The notes under the pieces were generated by a model. The model saw only the letters and a program-made list of their open reading frames with translations. It did not search any database and was not told where the DNA came from. The translations under genes were made by a program, and so were the position numbers. From sequence record SRR22947727_198: a DNA stretch of 33,268 bases; one strand, written 5' to 3'. Below are positions 17,724 to 26,699 of the stretch, one piece after another; the stretch's first letter is position 1; each line of letters opens with the position of its first letter.

Positions 17724-18962
17724 ATGTTTATATTATTAAGAAAATTTATAAGTTTTACAAAAAATTTGTTCTCTAAGCTTTTAATAGTATTTTTTTCTCC
17801 TTTGAGTTTATTAATAGTAATCATTAGCCCTTTTTATTTAATAAGATTGGGATTTATAAGCAGCTCTAGAGTTGGTACCTTTCTTTATGTTTCAGAAATT
17901 TTTTTAGCAGAAAAACTTGATAGAATTAATGAACGAAATAAAATTGGAATAGATATTTTTCATTTTGATAAAATTATATCTAATGAATTAATTGCTAAAA
18001 AAATAGAAGATGAATTGTTAATATTAAACAGAAAATTAATTAATCCTATCTATAAATTTTTTGTTTTTTTTTCATCATATTTTAAATTTTTAAAAAAACA
18101 TATAATTAAAAATCATAACTATTTTAGAGATTCAAAATATTTGATTGAAAAATACTCACCAATAATAAAACTTACCCAAGAAGAAATTAAATTAGCAAAA
18201 AAAATACTTGAGGAAAATAATATTTATCCAAATAAAATTGCAGTTTTCATGATTAGAGATAGTGCCTATCTAGATAAATTTTTACCAACAGGTAAATGGA
18301 TTAATGAGAACTTAAGAGATGATAATATAAATAGTTATTTAAAATCTATGAAATTTTTAACTAGCAAAAATTACACAGTTTTTAGAATGGGTAAATTTAT
18401 GAAAAATAAACTAGAAACTAATGATCCTAAGATTATAGATTATGCCTTTAAAAACTTTAGATCTGAGCTTTTAGATTTTTATTTAATGTCAAGTTGTGAT
18501 ATTTGCGTTACTACAGATACAGGAATAGATTGTATTTCAGATTTACATCACAGACCAATGGCAATGATCCAATACCCATTAAGTTGGGTAAAATCTCAAA
18601 GACCAAATGTTTTATTTATGCCAAAGAAAATTTATAATTTCAAAATTAAAAATTTTTTATCTTTACTTGAAATATTTGATTATAGGATAATAGGAGAGAG
18701 AAACTTTCAAAACTTATACAAAAAAAATTTAAAGGTATTGCCAAGTGATGAAGAAGAAATACTTAATCTTGTTAGCGAGTTATATTTTAGACTTGAGGGA
18801 GTTTTTTTAGAAAATAAAAAAGATTTTGAAAATCAAAAAAAATTTTGGTCAATTTTTTTTGATAGATTAAAAAATGATACAGAATTTGTTAATCATGATG
18901 GATCAAATAAGTCTAAAATATCATCAACATTTTTAAGATTAAATGAGTATTTTTTAAATTAA
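17724..18962 (+). CDS. Putative glycosyltransferase, TIGR04372 family (copy 3)
   Basis: RVGTF, IRDSAYL, NLRD, VFRMG, IIDYA, RSELLDFYL...C...TTDTG.D and SDEEEI motifs, plus an N-terminal TM helix. Confidence 0.82.
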   Translation: MFILLRKFISFTKNLFSKLLIVFFSPLSLLIVIISPFYLIRLGFISSSRVGTFLYVSEIFLAEKLDRINERNKIGIDIFHFDKIISNELIAKKIEDELLILNRKLINPIYKFFVFFSSYFKFLKKHIIKNHNYFRDSKYLIEKYSPIIKLTQEEIKLAKKILEENNIYPNKIAVFMIRDSAYLDKFLPTGKWINENLRDDNINSYLKSMKFLTSKNYTVFRMGKFMKNKLETNDPKIIDYAFKNFRSELLDFYLMSSCDICVTTDTGIDCISDLHHRPMAMIQYPLSWVKSQRPNVLFMPKKIYNFKIKNFLSLLEIFDYRIIGERNFQNLYKKNLKVLPSDEEEILNLVSELYFRLEGVFLENKKDFENQKKFWSIFFDRLKNDTEFVNHDGSNKSKISSTFLRLNEYFLN

Positions 18963-18975
18963 AAAAACTTAAATT

Positions 18976-19338
18976 ATGAAAAAAAAAATTTTTAAAAAAA
19001 TAATATGTTTTGATATTGATGGGGTGATTTGTGTTACAAGAAAAAATCAATACGAAAATTCTAAACCTAAAAAAAAAATAATAAGCTTAATAAATAAGCT
19101 ATATGACAATAATTTTTATATAAAATTATTTACAGCTAGATATATGGGAAGAAATCAAGAGAATTGTTTTAAAGCTAAAAAACAAGGCTTAAAACTTACA
19201 AAAAACCAATTGAATAATTGGAAAGTTAAATATCATGAATTGATAATGTGTAAACCTTCCTATGATTTATTTATAGATGATAAAAATCTAGGATTTAAAC
19301 AAGATTGGTACAAGGATATTAAAAAAAAATTATTATAA
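18976..19338 (+). CDS. Small capless HAD-superfamily phosphatase (capsule-biosynthesis phosphatase-like)
   Basis: FDIDG motif I, FTAR motif II and KP.YDLFIDDK motifs III/IV in 120 aa. Confidence 0.85.
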   Translation: MKKKIFKKIICFDIDGVICVTRKNQYENSKPKKKIISLINKLYDNNFYIKLFTARYMGRNQENCFKAKKQGLKLTKNQLNNWKVKYHELIMCKPSYDLFIDDKNLGFKQDWYKDIKKKLL

Positions 19339-19351
19339 AAATTTACTTAAA

Positions 19352-21127
19352 ATGTTTAAAAATTTAATTAAAATTAGCAGGATACTAATCTTAAAGTCTC
19401 CAAAAAATTTCATTTTAATGGTAATTTTATTATCATTTCAAATTTTAGTTATTTCTTCCTCTGTAGTGTCCATAATCCCATTAGCAGATTATATAATTGA
19501 TCCAAATTTAACAACTCCTTCAATTTTTACTAATAAATTTTTAGATGTAATATTTTTTTTTAACATAAAAATAAGTTTTTTTATATTTTCACTCTTTTTT
19601 ATAGTTACTCAATTTTTATCTGCAATTTTAACATCCTTAAATGCATATCTAATTTTACTAATTAAATATGACTTTATTAAAAAAATTAATGATGAGTCTC
19701 TTCATTGCCTTCTTTCTTCGCAATGGTCTTTTTTTGCAAATTCAAATTATGGAGATTTAACTAATACCTTTTTGAAGGAAACTGAAAAAATTGGACAAAC
19801 TGTAAGTCATATTGCAAATTCATTAGCATTAATTTTTCAGCTATTTATTTTTATTTTAGTTCCCCTTTTTATCAATTTTAGAGTGACACTAATAGTTATT
19901 ACAGCTTTTTTCTTATTTGCATTTTTAATATTAAAAATTGTAAACCCTATAAGCCAAAAATTTGGAAGAAAAAATGTTTATACATCAAATAAAATGCTTG
20001 GAAAATTTGTTGATATTTTAAATTCTATAAAAACTATCAAAATAAATTCAAAAGAAATTTTTTTCAAAAAAATTTATTTAGAAAAGTTTGATGACCATGT
20101 TAATGCTACATTAAAAAGTCAAATGATATCTCAAATAATCAATGCTTTTTATAGGCCATCAGGTATAATACTTATATTGTTTGTATTTAGTTTTTTTTCT
20201 ACAAAAGATGTTTTGTTATCTGAATTAGCTGCAATATTTTATAGTTTAATATCTATAGTTTCAATTTTAAACCAACTAGTAGGATTACAAGTTAATATAA
20301 ACAACTTCCTTCCAAGTTATAATCAATTAAATAAAATTTTAGAAGATGCTAAAAGTTTTAAAGAAAATTTTGGAGATAAAAAATTTATAAATTTATCAAA
20401 AAATATTATTTTTAAAAATTTAAATTTTAGTTATTCTAGAGATAAAAAAGTTTTAAAAAACATAAACATAACGATAAATAAAAGTGAAATTGTTGCATTA
20501 GTAGGTAAATCTGGTTCAGGTAAAACTACTATTGCAGATTTGTTATGCGGTATTTTAATCCCAACTAAGGGAGAAATTTTAGTTGATAATTATAATTTGA
20601 ATGAAATTGATATATCAGATTATAGAAGACAAATTGGATATGTTTCACAAGATGTCCACTTGTTTAATGATACAATAAAAAATAATTTAATATGGGCTTC
20701 TGATGAACATAAAAAAATTAATGACTCTGACATAATAAAAGCTTTGAAGTTATCGAATTCCTATGAATTTATAGAAAATATGGAATTTGGAATTAATACA
20801 CAAATAGGTGAAAATGGTATTCAGCTTTCTGGTGGTCAAAGACAAAGGCTATCTATGGCAAGGGTTTTTTTAAAAAATCCTCAAATTTTAATACTAGATG
20901 AGGCAACAAGTGCTTTAGATAGTTTATCTGAAATTGAAATTCAAAATTCAATTAGTAAGCTAAAATCTTATCAAAATATAACTATCATAGTTATTGCTCA
21001 TAGGCTATCAACAGTAAAAATGGCTGATAAGATTATTGTATTAAAAGATGGTGAAATTCAAGATCAAGGAAAGTATCAAGATTTAAAAGATAAAAAAAAT
21101 GAGTTATTTGATGCTATGATAAGTTAA
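19352..21127 (+). CDS. ABC transporter, fused permease + ATPase (MsbA/PglK-like putative glycan flippase)
   Basis: N-terminal multi-TM domain, Walker A GKSGSGKT, Q-loop VSQD, signature LSGGQRQR, Walker B ILILDEATSALD and H-loop IAHRLST. Confidence 0.93.
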   Translation: MFKNLIKISRILILKSPKNFILMVILLSFQILVISSSVVSIIPLADYIIDPNLTTPSIFTNKFLDVIFFFNIKISFFIFSLFFIVTQFLSAILTSLNAYLILLIKYDFIKKINDESLHCLLSSQWSFFANSNYGDLTNTFLKETEKIGQTVSHIANSLALIFQLFIFILVPLFINFRVTLIVITAFFLFAFLILKIVNPISQKFGRKNVYTSNKMLGKFVDILNSIKTIKINSKEIFFKKIYLEKFDDHVNATLKSQMISQIINAFYRPSGIILILFVFSFFSTKDVLLSELAAIFYSLISIVSILNQLVGLQVNINNFLPSYNQLNKILEDAKSFKENFGDKKFINLSKNIIFKNLNFSYSRDKKVLKNINITINKSEIVALVGKSGSGKTTIADLLCGILIPTKGEILVDNYNLNEIDISDYRRQIGYVSQDVHLFNDTIKNNLIWASDEHKKINDSDIIKALKLSNSYEFIENMEFGINTQIGENGIQLSGGQRQRLSMARVFLKNPQILILDEATSALDSLSEIEIQNSISKLKSYQNITIIVIAHRLSTVKMADKIIVLKDGEIQDQGKYQDLKDKKNELFDAMIS

Positions 21128-21228
21128 AATCTTATTATAAAAAAATTTTATTATAAACTACAATATAGAATAAATTTTTAATATAAAATAAATATAAAAA
21201 TTAAAATTAAAAAACTTTAAAATTATAG

Positions 21229-22374
21229 ATGGAAACTAGAATTTTTCTTCATCAACCCTTTTTTTTTAAAGATGAAATTAAATTTTTAAATAATTGTATA
21301 AAAACTAAATGGGTGTCAACCGGTGGAAGCTATGTTTCAAAATTAGAAAAAGAAATTTCAAAATTTACAAAAGCCAAATATTCAATAGCTTTAAATTCAG
21401 GAACAGCAGCTCTAGATCTTTCGCTTAAATTATTTGATGTTAAAAGAAATGATGAAGTAATTGTACCCTCAATAACATTTGTTTCACCTATAAATTGCGT
21501 TTTATATCAAAATGCCTCACCTATTTTTATGGACTGCGATGATAATTTTAACATTGATGTTAAAAAAACACTGGATTTTATCAAGAATGAAACCAGTTTT
21601 AATGGCAAAAATACAATTAATAAAAAAACAAAAAAAATTATTAAAGCATTAATTATTGTTCATGTTTTTGGTAATGTTGCGGACTTTTCAAAACTAATAA
21701 ATATTTGTAAAAAAAATAAAATTTATATAATAGAAGATGCATCAGAAAGTTTAGGATCATTTTCAAATAAAAAAATTCACACTGGTTTAATGGGTGATAT
21801 TGGCTGTTTATCTTTTAATGCAAATAAAATAATTACTACTGGTGCTGGTGGAATGATTTTAACAAATAAAAAAAATATTGCTTTAAGAGCAAAATATCTT
21901 TCAACACAGGCGAAAGATGATTCATTTTATTTTTTACACAACAATGTTGGATACAATTCTAGATTAAATAATGTAAATGCAGCAATAGGTTGCGGTCAAT
22001 TAAAATATATTAAACATATTTTATTAAAAAAAAAAAAAATACATAATCAATATAAAAAAAGAATTTCAAAATTGAATAATTTTCAACTTATATCCACTAA
22101 AAATTCAAATAATGAAAACCATTGGTTGAATGTTATATTATTTTCTAAAAACGTAGATAGAGAAAAATTAATATCTATATTTAAAAAAAATAAAGTTGAA
22201 ATAAGACCAGTGTGGTTTCCAAATCATTTACAAAATAAAATGAAAAAGTTTCAAAAATATAAAATAAGTAAAATTGGCAAAATAATTAATAATGCACTAT
22301 GTTTGCCTAGTGGATATAGTATTAATGAGAAAAAAGTTAAAAAAATTACTCAAATATTAAAAAATTTTGAATGA
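21229..22374 (+). CDS. legC: LegC-family NDP-4-keto-6-deoxy-GlcNAc aminotransferase
   Basis: LHQP.F...WVSTGG.YV, NSGTAAL, IIVHVFG, IEDASESLGS, SFNANKIITTGAGG and GYNSRL.N.NAA. Heads the nonulosonate block. Confidence 0.85.
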   Translation: METRIFLHQPFFFKDEIKFLNNCIKTKWVSTGGSYVSKLEKEISKFTKAKYSIALNSGTAALDLSLKLFDVKRNDEVIVPSITFVSPINCVLYQNASPIFMDCDDNFNIDVKKTLDFIKNETSFNGKNTINKKTKKIIKALIIVHVFGNVADFSKLINICKKNKIYIIEDASESLGSFSNKKIHTGLMGDIGCLSFNANKIITTGAGGMILTNKKNIALRAKYLSTQAKDDSFYFLHNNVGYNSRLNNVNAAIGCGQLKYIKHILLKKKKIHNQYKKRISKLNNFQLISTKNSNNENHWLNVILFSKNVDREKLISIFKKNKVEIRPVWFPNHLQNKMKKFQKYKISKIGKIINNALCLPSGYSINEKKVKKITQILKNFE

Positions 22375-22877
22375 AAGCTTTATTTATTGGCACTAGATTA
22401 GAGGCATTTAAAATATTAGAAAAAAATTCATTAATTCAATCTATTGTTACTACAAAAAAATCATATGTAGATAAGTATGTAGATAAAAGTCAGTATAAAT
22501 TTAGATATGTTAATCTCGAAAATAAAAAAAAAATTTTTGAATTTATAAAAGTATCCAATGTAGATTTGATTTTATCTAGTGGATTTCCATATATTATACC
22601 TGTTGAATATTTAAATAAAAACATAAAGATAATAAACTCCCACCCTTCTTTATTACCAAAGTACAAAGGATTTAGTCCTATTAAAGAGGCAATAATGAAT
22701 AATGAAACAGAAATTGGTGTAACGGTTCATTACATGAACGATAAAGTCGATGATGGAGAAATAATAGCTGTGAAAAAATTAAATATAAAAAAACTTAAAA
22801 ATATTGATCTTATATATCAAAAAATATTTTCTTACATAGAGCCACAAGCAATAAAAAAAGCACTTAAAAAAATATGA
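22371..22877 (+). CDS. N10-formyl-THF-dependent formyltransferase (N-terminal domain only)
   Basis: INSHPSLLPKYKG (N-x-H-P-S-L-L-P) and GVTVHYM...VDDGEII. ATGA overlap. Confidence 0.9.
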   Translation: MKALFIGTRLEAFKILEKNSLIQSIVTTKKSYVDKYVDKSQYKFRYVNLENKKKIFEFIKVSNVDLILSSGFPYIIPVEYLNKNIKIINSHPSLLPKYKGFSPIKEAIMNNETEIGVTVHYMNDKVDDGEIIAVKKLNIKKLKNIDLIYQKIFSYIEPQAIKKALKKI

Positions 22878-23869
22878 TTAAGCATCATTTAATTGGTGGT
22901 GAATTTTATGGGAATAAATTTTATCAGAATAATCCAATATTAAATAAATTTAAATATGGATCATGGACTTTAAGTGGACGAAGTGCTCTTGAATTAATTA
23001 TTCAAAATAACCCAAAATTATGGAAAAAAACAATTTATTTACCAGTATACAACTGTTCATCAATTTATAAAGTTGTAAATAAATTTTTTAAAAAAATAAT
23101 TTTTTATGATTTAAAAAATAATCTTGAGCCAAAAATAAAAAAATTTAAAAAAAATTCAGTTTTGATTTTAGTTAACTATTTTGGGCATAAATCTATTTCA
23201 TCATTTGATAAAAATTTAATTATAATAGAAGATTTATCACATTTATTATTAAACAATTTTAAATTTAAAAAAAATAGAATTTATTTTTCAAGTTTAAGAA
23301 AATTTGGAATATTTAACTTTGGTGGTTGGGCTAATTTAAAATTTAATAATATCTACAAAGAAGAAATTAATTTTTTAGAGTCTTTTAGGAAAAAAAAACT
23401 AGAATATGTATATAAAAAAAAAAAAAGTTTAAAAATTGAGTATCAATTATTAAATTTGCTTAAAAAAGAAGAAAAAAAAATATTTAAAAAAAATTTGTGT
23501 ATTCCTAAGAAACAAATTAAAGCTTTGATTAAAATTTCAGATAAAAAATTAATTTCTATTCGGAAATTAAATTTTAATTTTTTAAAGGAAAATATTAAAT
23601 TTGGTTTTTCAAATTTAATTTATAAAAAGAATGAGACACCCTTATTTTTTTTTATAAAATTTTTAGATAAAAAAAAAAGAGATGAGGCAAGAAATTTTTT
23701 TAGAAAAAAAAATATTTTTTGTCCGATACTTTGGGATTTAAGTGATTATAATTTAAATAAATATCCAAATACAAAAATGTTTTCAGAAAAAATGCTAGCG
23801 TTACCAATTGACCACAGATTAAATATTAAAAATATGAAATACATATTAAAAACTTTAAAAAAAATATGA
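22874..23869 (+). CDS. Divergent DegT-like PLP-dependent aminotransferase
   Basis: IGGEF, SGRSAL, YLP.YNC.S, VNYFG, IIEDLSH, SSLRKF...GG and LALPIDHR. ATGA overlap. Confidence 0.7.
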   Translation: MIKHHLIGGEFYGNKFYQNNPILNKFKYGSWTLSGRSALELIIQNNPKLWKKTIYLPVYNCSSIYKVVNKFFKKIIFYDLKNNLEPKIKKFKKNSVLILVNYFGHKSISSFDKNLIIIEDLSHLLLNNFKFKKNRIYFSSLRKFGIFNFGGWANLKFNNIYKEEINFLESFRKKKLEYVYKKKKSLKIEYQLLNLLKKEEKKIFKKNLCIPKKQIKALIKISDKKLISIRKLNFNFLKENIKFGFSNLIYKKNETPLFFFIKFLDKKKRDEARNFFRKKNIFCPILWDLSDYNLNKYPNTKMFSEKMLALPIDHRLNIKNMKYILKTLKKI

Positions 23870-24945
23870 TTTTAAGTGCTACTAAAGATAGATCTGAATG
23901 GCTTGATATTATTTCAAAATTTCCAGACAAATATCACGATATATATTTTCATCCAGATTATGTTTCATTAAATTGTAGAAAGACAAATTCAGAAGGTTTT
24001 TTATTCTATAATAAAAAAAATGATAAAATATGGATAAATCCATTTATTAAGATAAAATCACCTCAATTTGAATCTTTAAAAAATAATAATTACTACGATA
24101 TTGAAACTGCTTATGGTTATGGGGGGCCTATTGCAAATATAATAGATTTAGATTTTATTAGAGAAAGTAATAATAAATTTCATTCTTGGGTAGTGTCAAA
24201 TAATATTGTTTCTGAATTTGTAAGATTTCATCCTTTAATTGATGCCACAGCATACACCAGCTCGAATTATGAAATTTTAGAAAATCGTATTACATGTAGT
24301 CTAGATCTAAAGCTATTGAATGATAAAAATTTGTCACCATTTAGATCAAAAGTGAAGAATATGATTAGGAAAGCACAAAAATTATCGGAAACGTATATAA
24401 CTAATGATAAGAAAGATTTTGAAAAGTTTAAAAAAATTTATTTAAATTTAATGATTAATAAAGATGCAGAAAAAGAGAGTCTTTTTTCTTCATTATATTT
24501 TGAAAAATTATTTAAAATTATTAGTGATAATGGATTTATGTCTGTTGTAAAAAATAAAGACTCTGAAATTATTGCAGTAGCCATTTTTATTAATGGAAAA
24601 AAGTCTTGTCATTATCACTTATCAGCATCAAAAAATTATGACTATCCCGGTGTAAACAATTTGATTATTTATAATGCTGCACTATATGCTAAAAAAAAGC
24701 AATTGGATGTACTTCATTTGGGTGGTGGAAAATTTAACAGTGAGGAAGATAAACTATTTAAGTTTAAAAATTCAATGTCCACAAGTAATCATAAGTATTT
24801 TATTGGTAAGAGAATTAATAATTTAAAAATTTATAAAGAACTTAAAAATGCATGGAAAAAAAAATATCCTATTTTATATAAAAACTATTCAAATAGACTA
24901 CTTTGCTATCATCTTGATACTGAAATAGTAGATACTAACTTTTAA
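23866..24945 (+). CDS. FemAB-like GNAT family N-acyl/aminoacyl transferase
   Basis: DIYFHPDY, DIETAYGYGGP, IVSEFVRFHPL, IRKAQK, HYHLSAS and LHLGGG...L.KFK. Confidence 0.85.
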   Translation: MILSATKDRSEWLDIISKFPDKYHDIYFHPDYVSLNCRKTNSEGFLFYNKKNDKIWINPFIKIKSPQFESLKNNNYYDIETAYGYGGPIANIIDLDFIRESNNKFHSWVVSNNIVSEFVRFHPLIDATAYTSSNYEILENRITCSLDLKLLNDKNLSPFRSKVKNMIRKAQKLSETYITNDKKDFEKFKKIYLNLMINKDAEKESLFSSLYFEKLFKIISDNGFMSVVKNKDSEIIAVAIFINGKKSCHYHLSASKNYDYPGVNNLIIYNAALYAKKKQLDVLHLGGGKFNSEEDKLFKFKNSMSTSNHKYFIGKRINNLKIYKELKNAWKKKYPILYKNYSNRLLCYHLDTEIVDTNF

Positions 24946-24946
24946 A

Positions 24947-26101
24947 ATGAAAAAAATATTTACAGTAACTTCTTCTCGCTCTGAATTTGGAATTTTAAAA
25001 AATATAATTCTTAAGCTTTCAGCTCTTAAAAAGATAAATCACAAGTTAATAGTAACCGGAACTCATTTAGAAAAAAAATTTGGTTCGACTATTGATGAAA
25101 TTTATAAATTAAAAATTAAAAATATTATCAAAATTCAAATAAAAATGAGAGAAACATCTAGCGTTAATAGTTCCATCATAGCATCAAATTTGATTATAAG
25201 ATTTAATGATCTTTTTAAAAAAGAAAAACCTGATGCTATAATTTTGTTTGGGGATAGGTTTGAAATTTTATCGATTGCAAATGTTTGTTTTTTGCATAAA
25301 ATTCCTATTATTCATATTGGGGGAGGAGAAACCACAGAAGGTTCTAGTGATGAGTCTATTCGTCATGCAGTTTCTAAACTTTCAAGTTTTCATTTTGTAA
25401 CACACCAAACCCACAAAAATAGATTACAACAACTTGGTGAAAATAAAAATAGAATTTTTATCATTGGAAGTCCAGGTATCGAGAATATAAAAAAAACTAA
25501 AATATTATCAAAAAAAATTATTGAAAAAAAATTTAATTTTTTATTCTTTAAAAAAAATTTTGTAGTAAATTTTTATGCAATTACTAATAAAAAAAATGTA
25601 GACAAACAAAATATTTTACAACTTTTAAAGGCTTTAGAAAAATTTAAAGATGTTAGAATAATTTTTACTTTACCTGCTTTTGATATAGGATCAGATGTTA
25701 TTATAGATGAGATAAAAAAATTTGTAAAAAAAAATAAAAATTGTGTATTCTTCAAATCTCTTGGTTCACAAAATTATCTCTCAATTTTAAAGTATTCAGA
25801 TTTGATAATTGGAAACTCTTCAAGCGGACTTATAGAAGCTCCAATAGTAGGAATAAAAGTTATAAACATAGGAGAAAGACAAAAAGGTAGAATAAGACCC
25901 GAGGAAGTAATAAATATTAATTGTGAAAAAAGCATTATAGAAAAATCTATTAATAGAGCCCTTAAAATTAAAATTAAATTTAAGAATATTTATCCAAATA
26001 TCAAATCAAGCCAAAAATTTGCAAATATATTAAAAAAATTAAAAATCAAAAAAGCTTTAACAAAAAAATTTAATGATCTTGAAAGACTTGATGAAAAATA
26101 A
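24947..26101 (+). CDS. neuC: UDP/GDP-N,N'-diacetylbacillosamine 2-epimerase (hydrolysing), NeuC/LegG family
   Basis: TSSRSEFG, VTGTHL, GDRFE, HIGGGE...DESIRHAVSKLS, GNSSSG..EAP and NIGERQKGR. Confidence 0.93.
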   Translation: MKKIFTVTSSRSEFGILKNIILKLSALKKINHKLIVTGTHLEKKFGSTIDEIYKLKIKNIIKIQIKMRETSSVNSSIIASNLIIRFNDLFKKEKPDAIILFGDRFEILSIANVCFLHKIPIIHIGGGETTEGSSDESIRHAVSKLSSFHFVTHQTHKNRLQQLGENKNRIFIIGSPGIENIKKTKILSKKIIEKKFNFLFFKKNFVVNFYAITNKKNVDKQNILQLLKALEKFKDVRIIFTLPAFDIGSDVIIDEIKKFVKKNKNCVFFKSLGSQNYLSILKYSDLIIGNSSSGLIEAPIVGIKVINIGERQKGRIRPEEVININCEKSIIEKSINRALKIKIKFKNIYPNIKSSQKFANILKKLKIKKALTKKFNDLERLDEK

Positions 26102-26699
26102 AGTTCTAATTATTGGAGCTGGTGGACACGCAAGATCTTGTCTTGAGACTATTCAATTAGAAAATAAATTTGAAGTGTATGGGTTTTTTGATAATAATAG
26201 AAAAAATTTTAATGGTTATAAATTTTTAGGAACTGATAGAGATATACATAAATTTAGAAAAGTTTGTGTTAATTTATTTTTATGTTTAGGGAGTATTGAA
26301 AATATTCCTTTTAAATGGCTGATTTATCAAAGAGCAAAAAAATTAAAGTTTAAATTTCCAAAAATAATTTCACCACTATCATTTGTTTCAAAAAATACAA
26401 GTATAGGAGAGGGAACAATTATAATGAATCACTGTTTTATAAATTCAAATGTAAAAATTGGTAAAAACTCAATAATTAACAATAAAGCATTATTAGAACA
26501 TGATGTTCAAGTTGGAAATAATACACACATCTCAACTGGCGCTATATTAAATGGAGGAGTAAAAATCGGTGATAACGTTTTTGTAGGCAGTGGTGCAATC
26601 ATTAAAGAAAATGTTGCTATTAAATCTGGTTCAATAATTGGAATGGGCTCTATTGTGCTTAAGAATGTTAATGGCGGTATCTTTTATAATAAAATTTGA
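26091..26699 (+). CDS. neuD: NeuD/PglD-family hexapeptide-repeat sugar acetyltransferase
   Basis: IIGAGGHA, left-handed beta-helix repeats and EHD catalytic motif. The start at 26091 (MKNKVLII) is more plausible than 26073. Confidence 0.88.
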   Translation: MKNKVLIIGAGGHARSCLETIQLENKFEVYGFFDNNRKNFNGYKFLGTDRDIHKFRKVCVNLFLCLGSIENIPFKWLIYQRAKKLKFKFPKIISPLSFVSKNTSIGEGTIIMNHCFINSNVKIGKNSIINNKALLEHDVQVGNNTHISTGAILNGGVKIGDNVFVGSGAIIKENVAIKSGSIIGMGSIVLKNVNGGIFYNKI

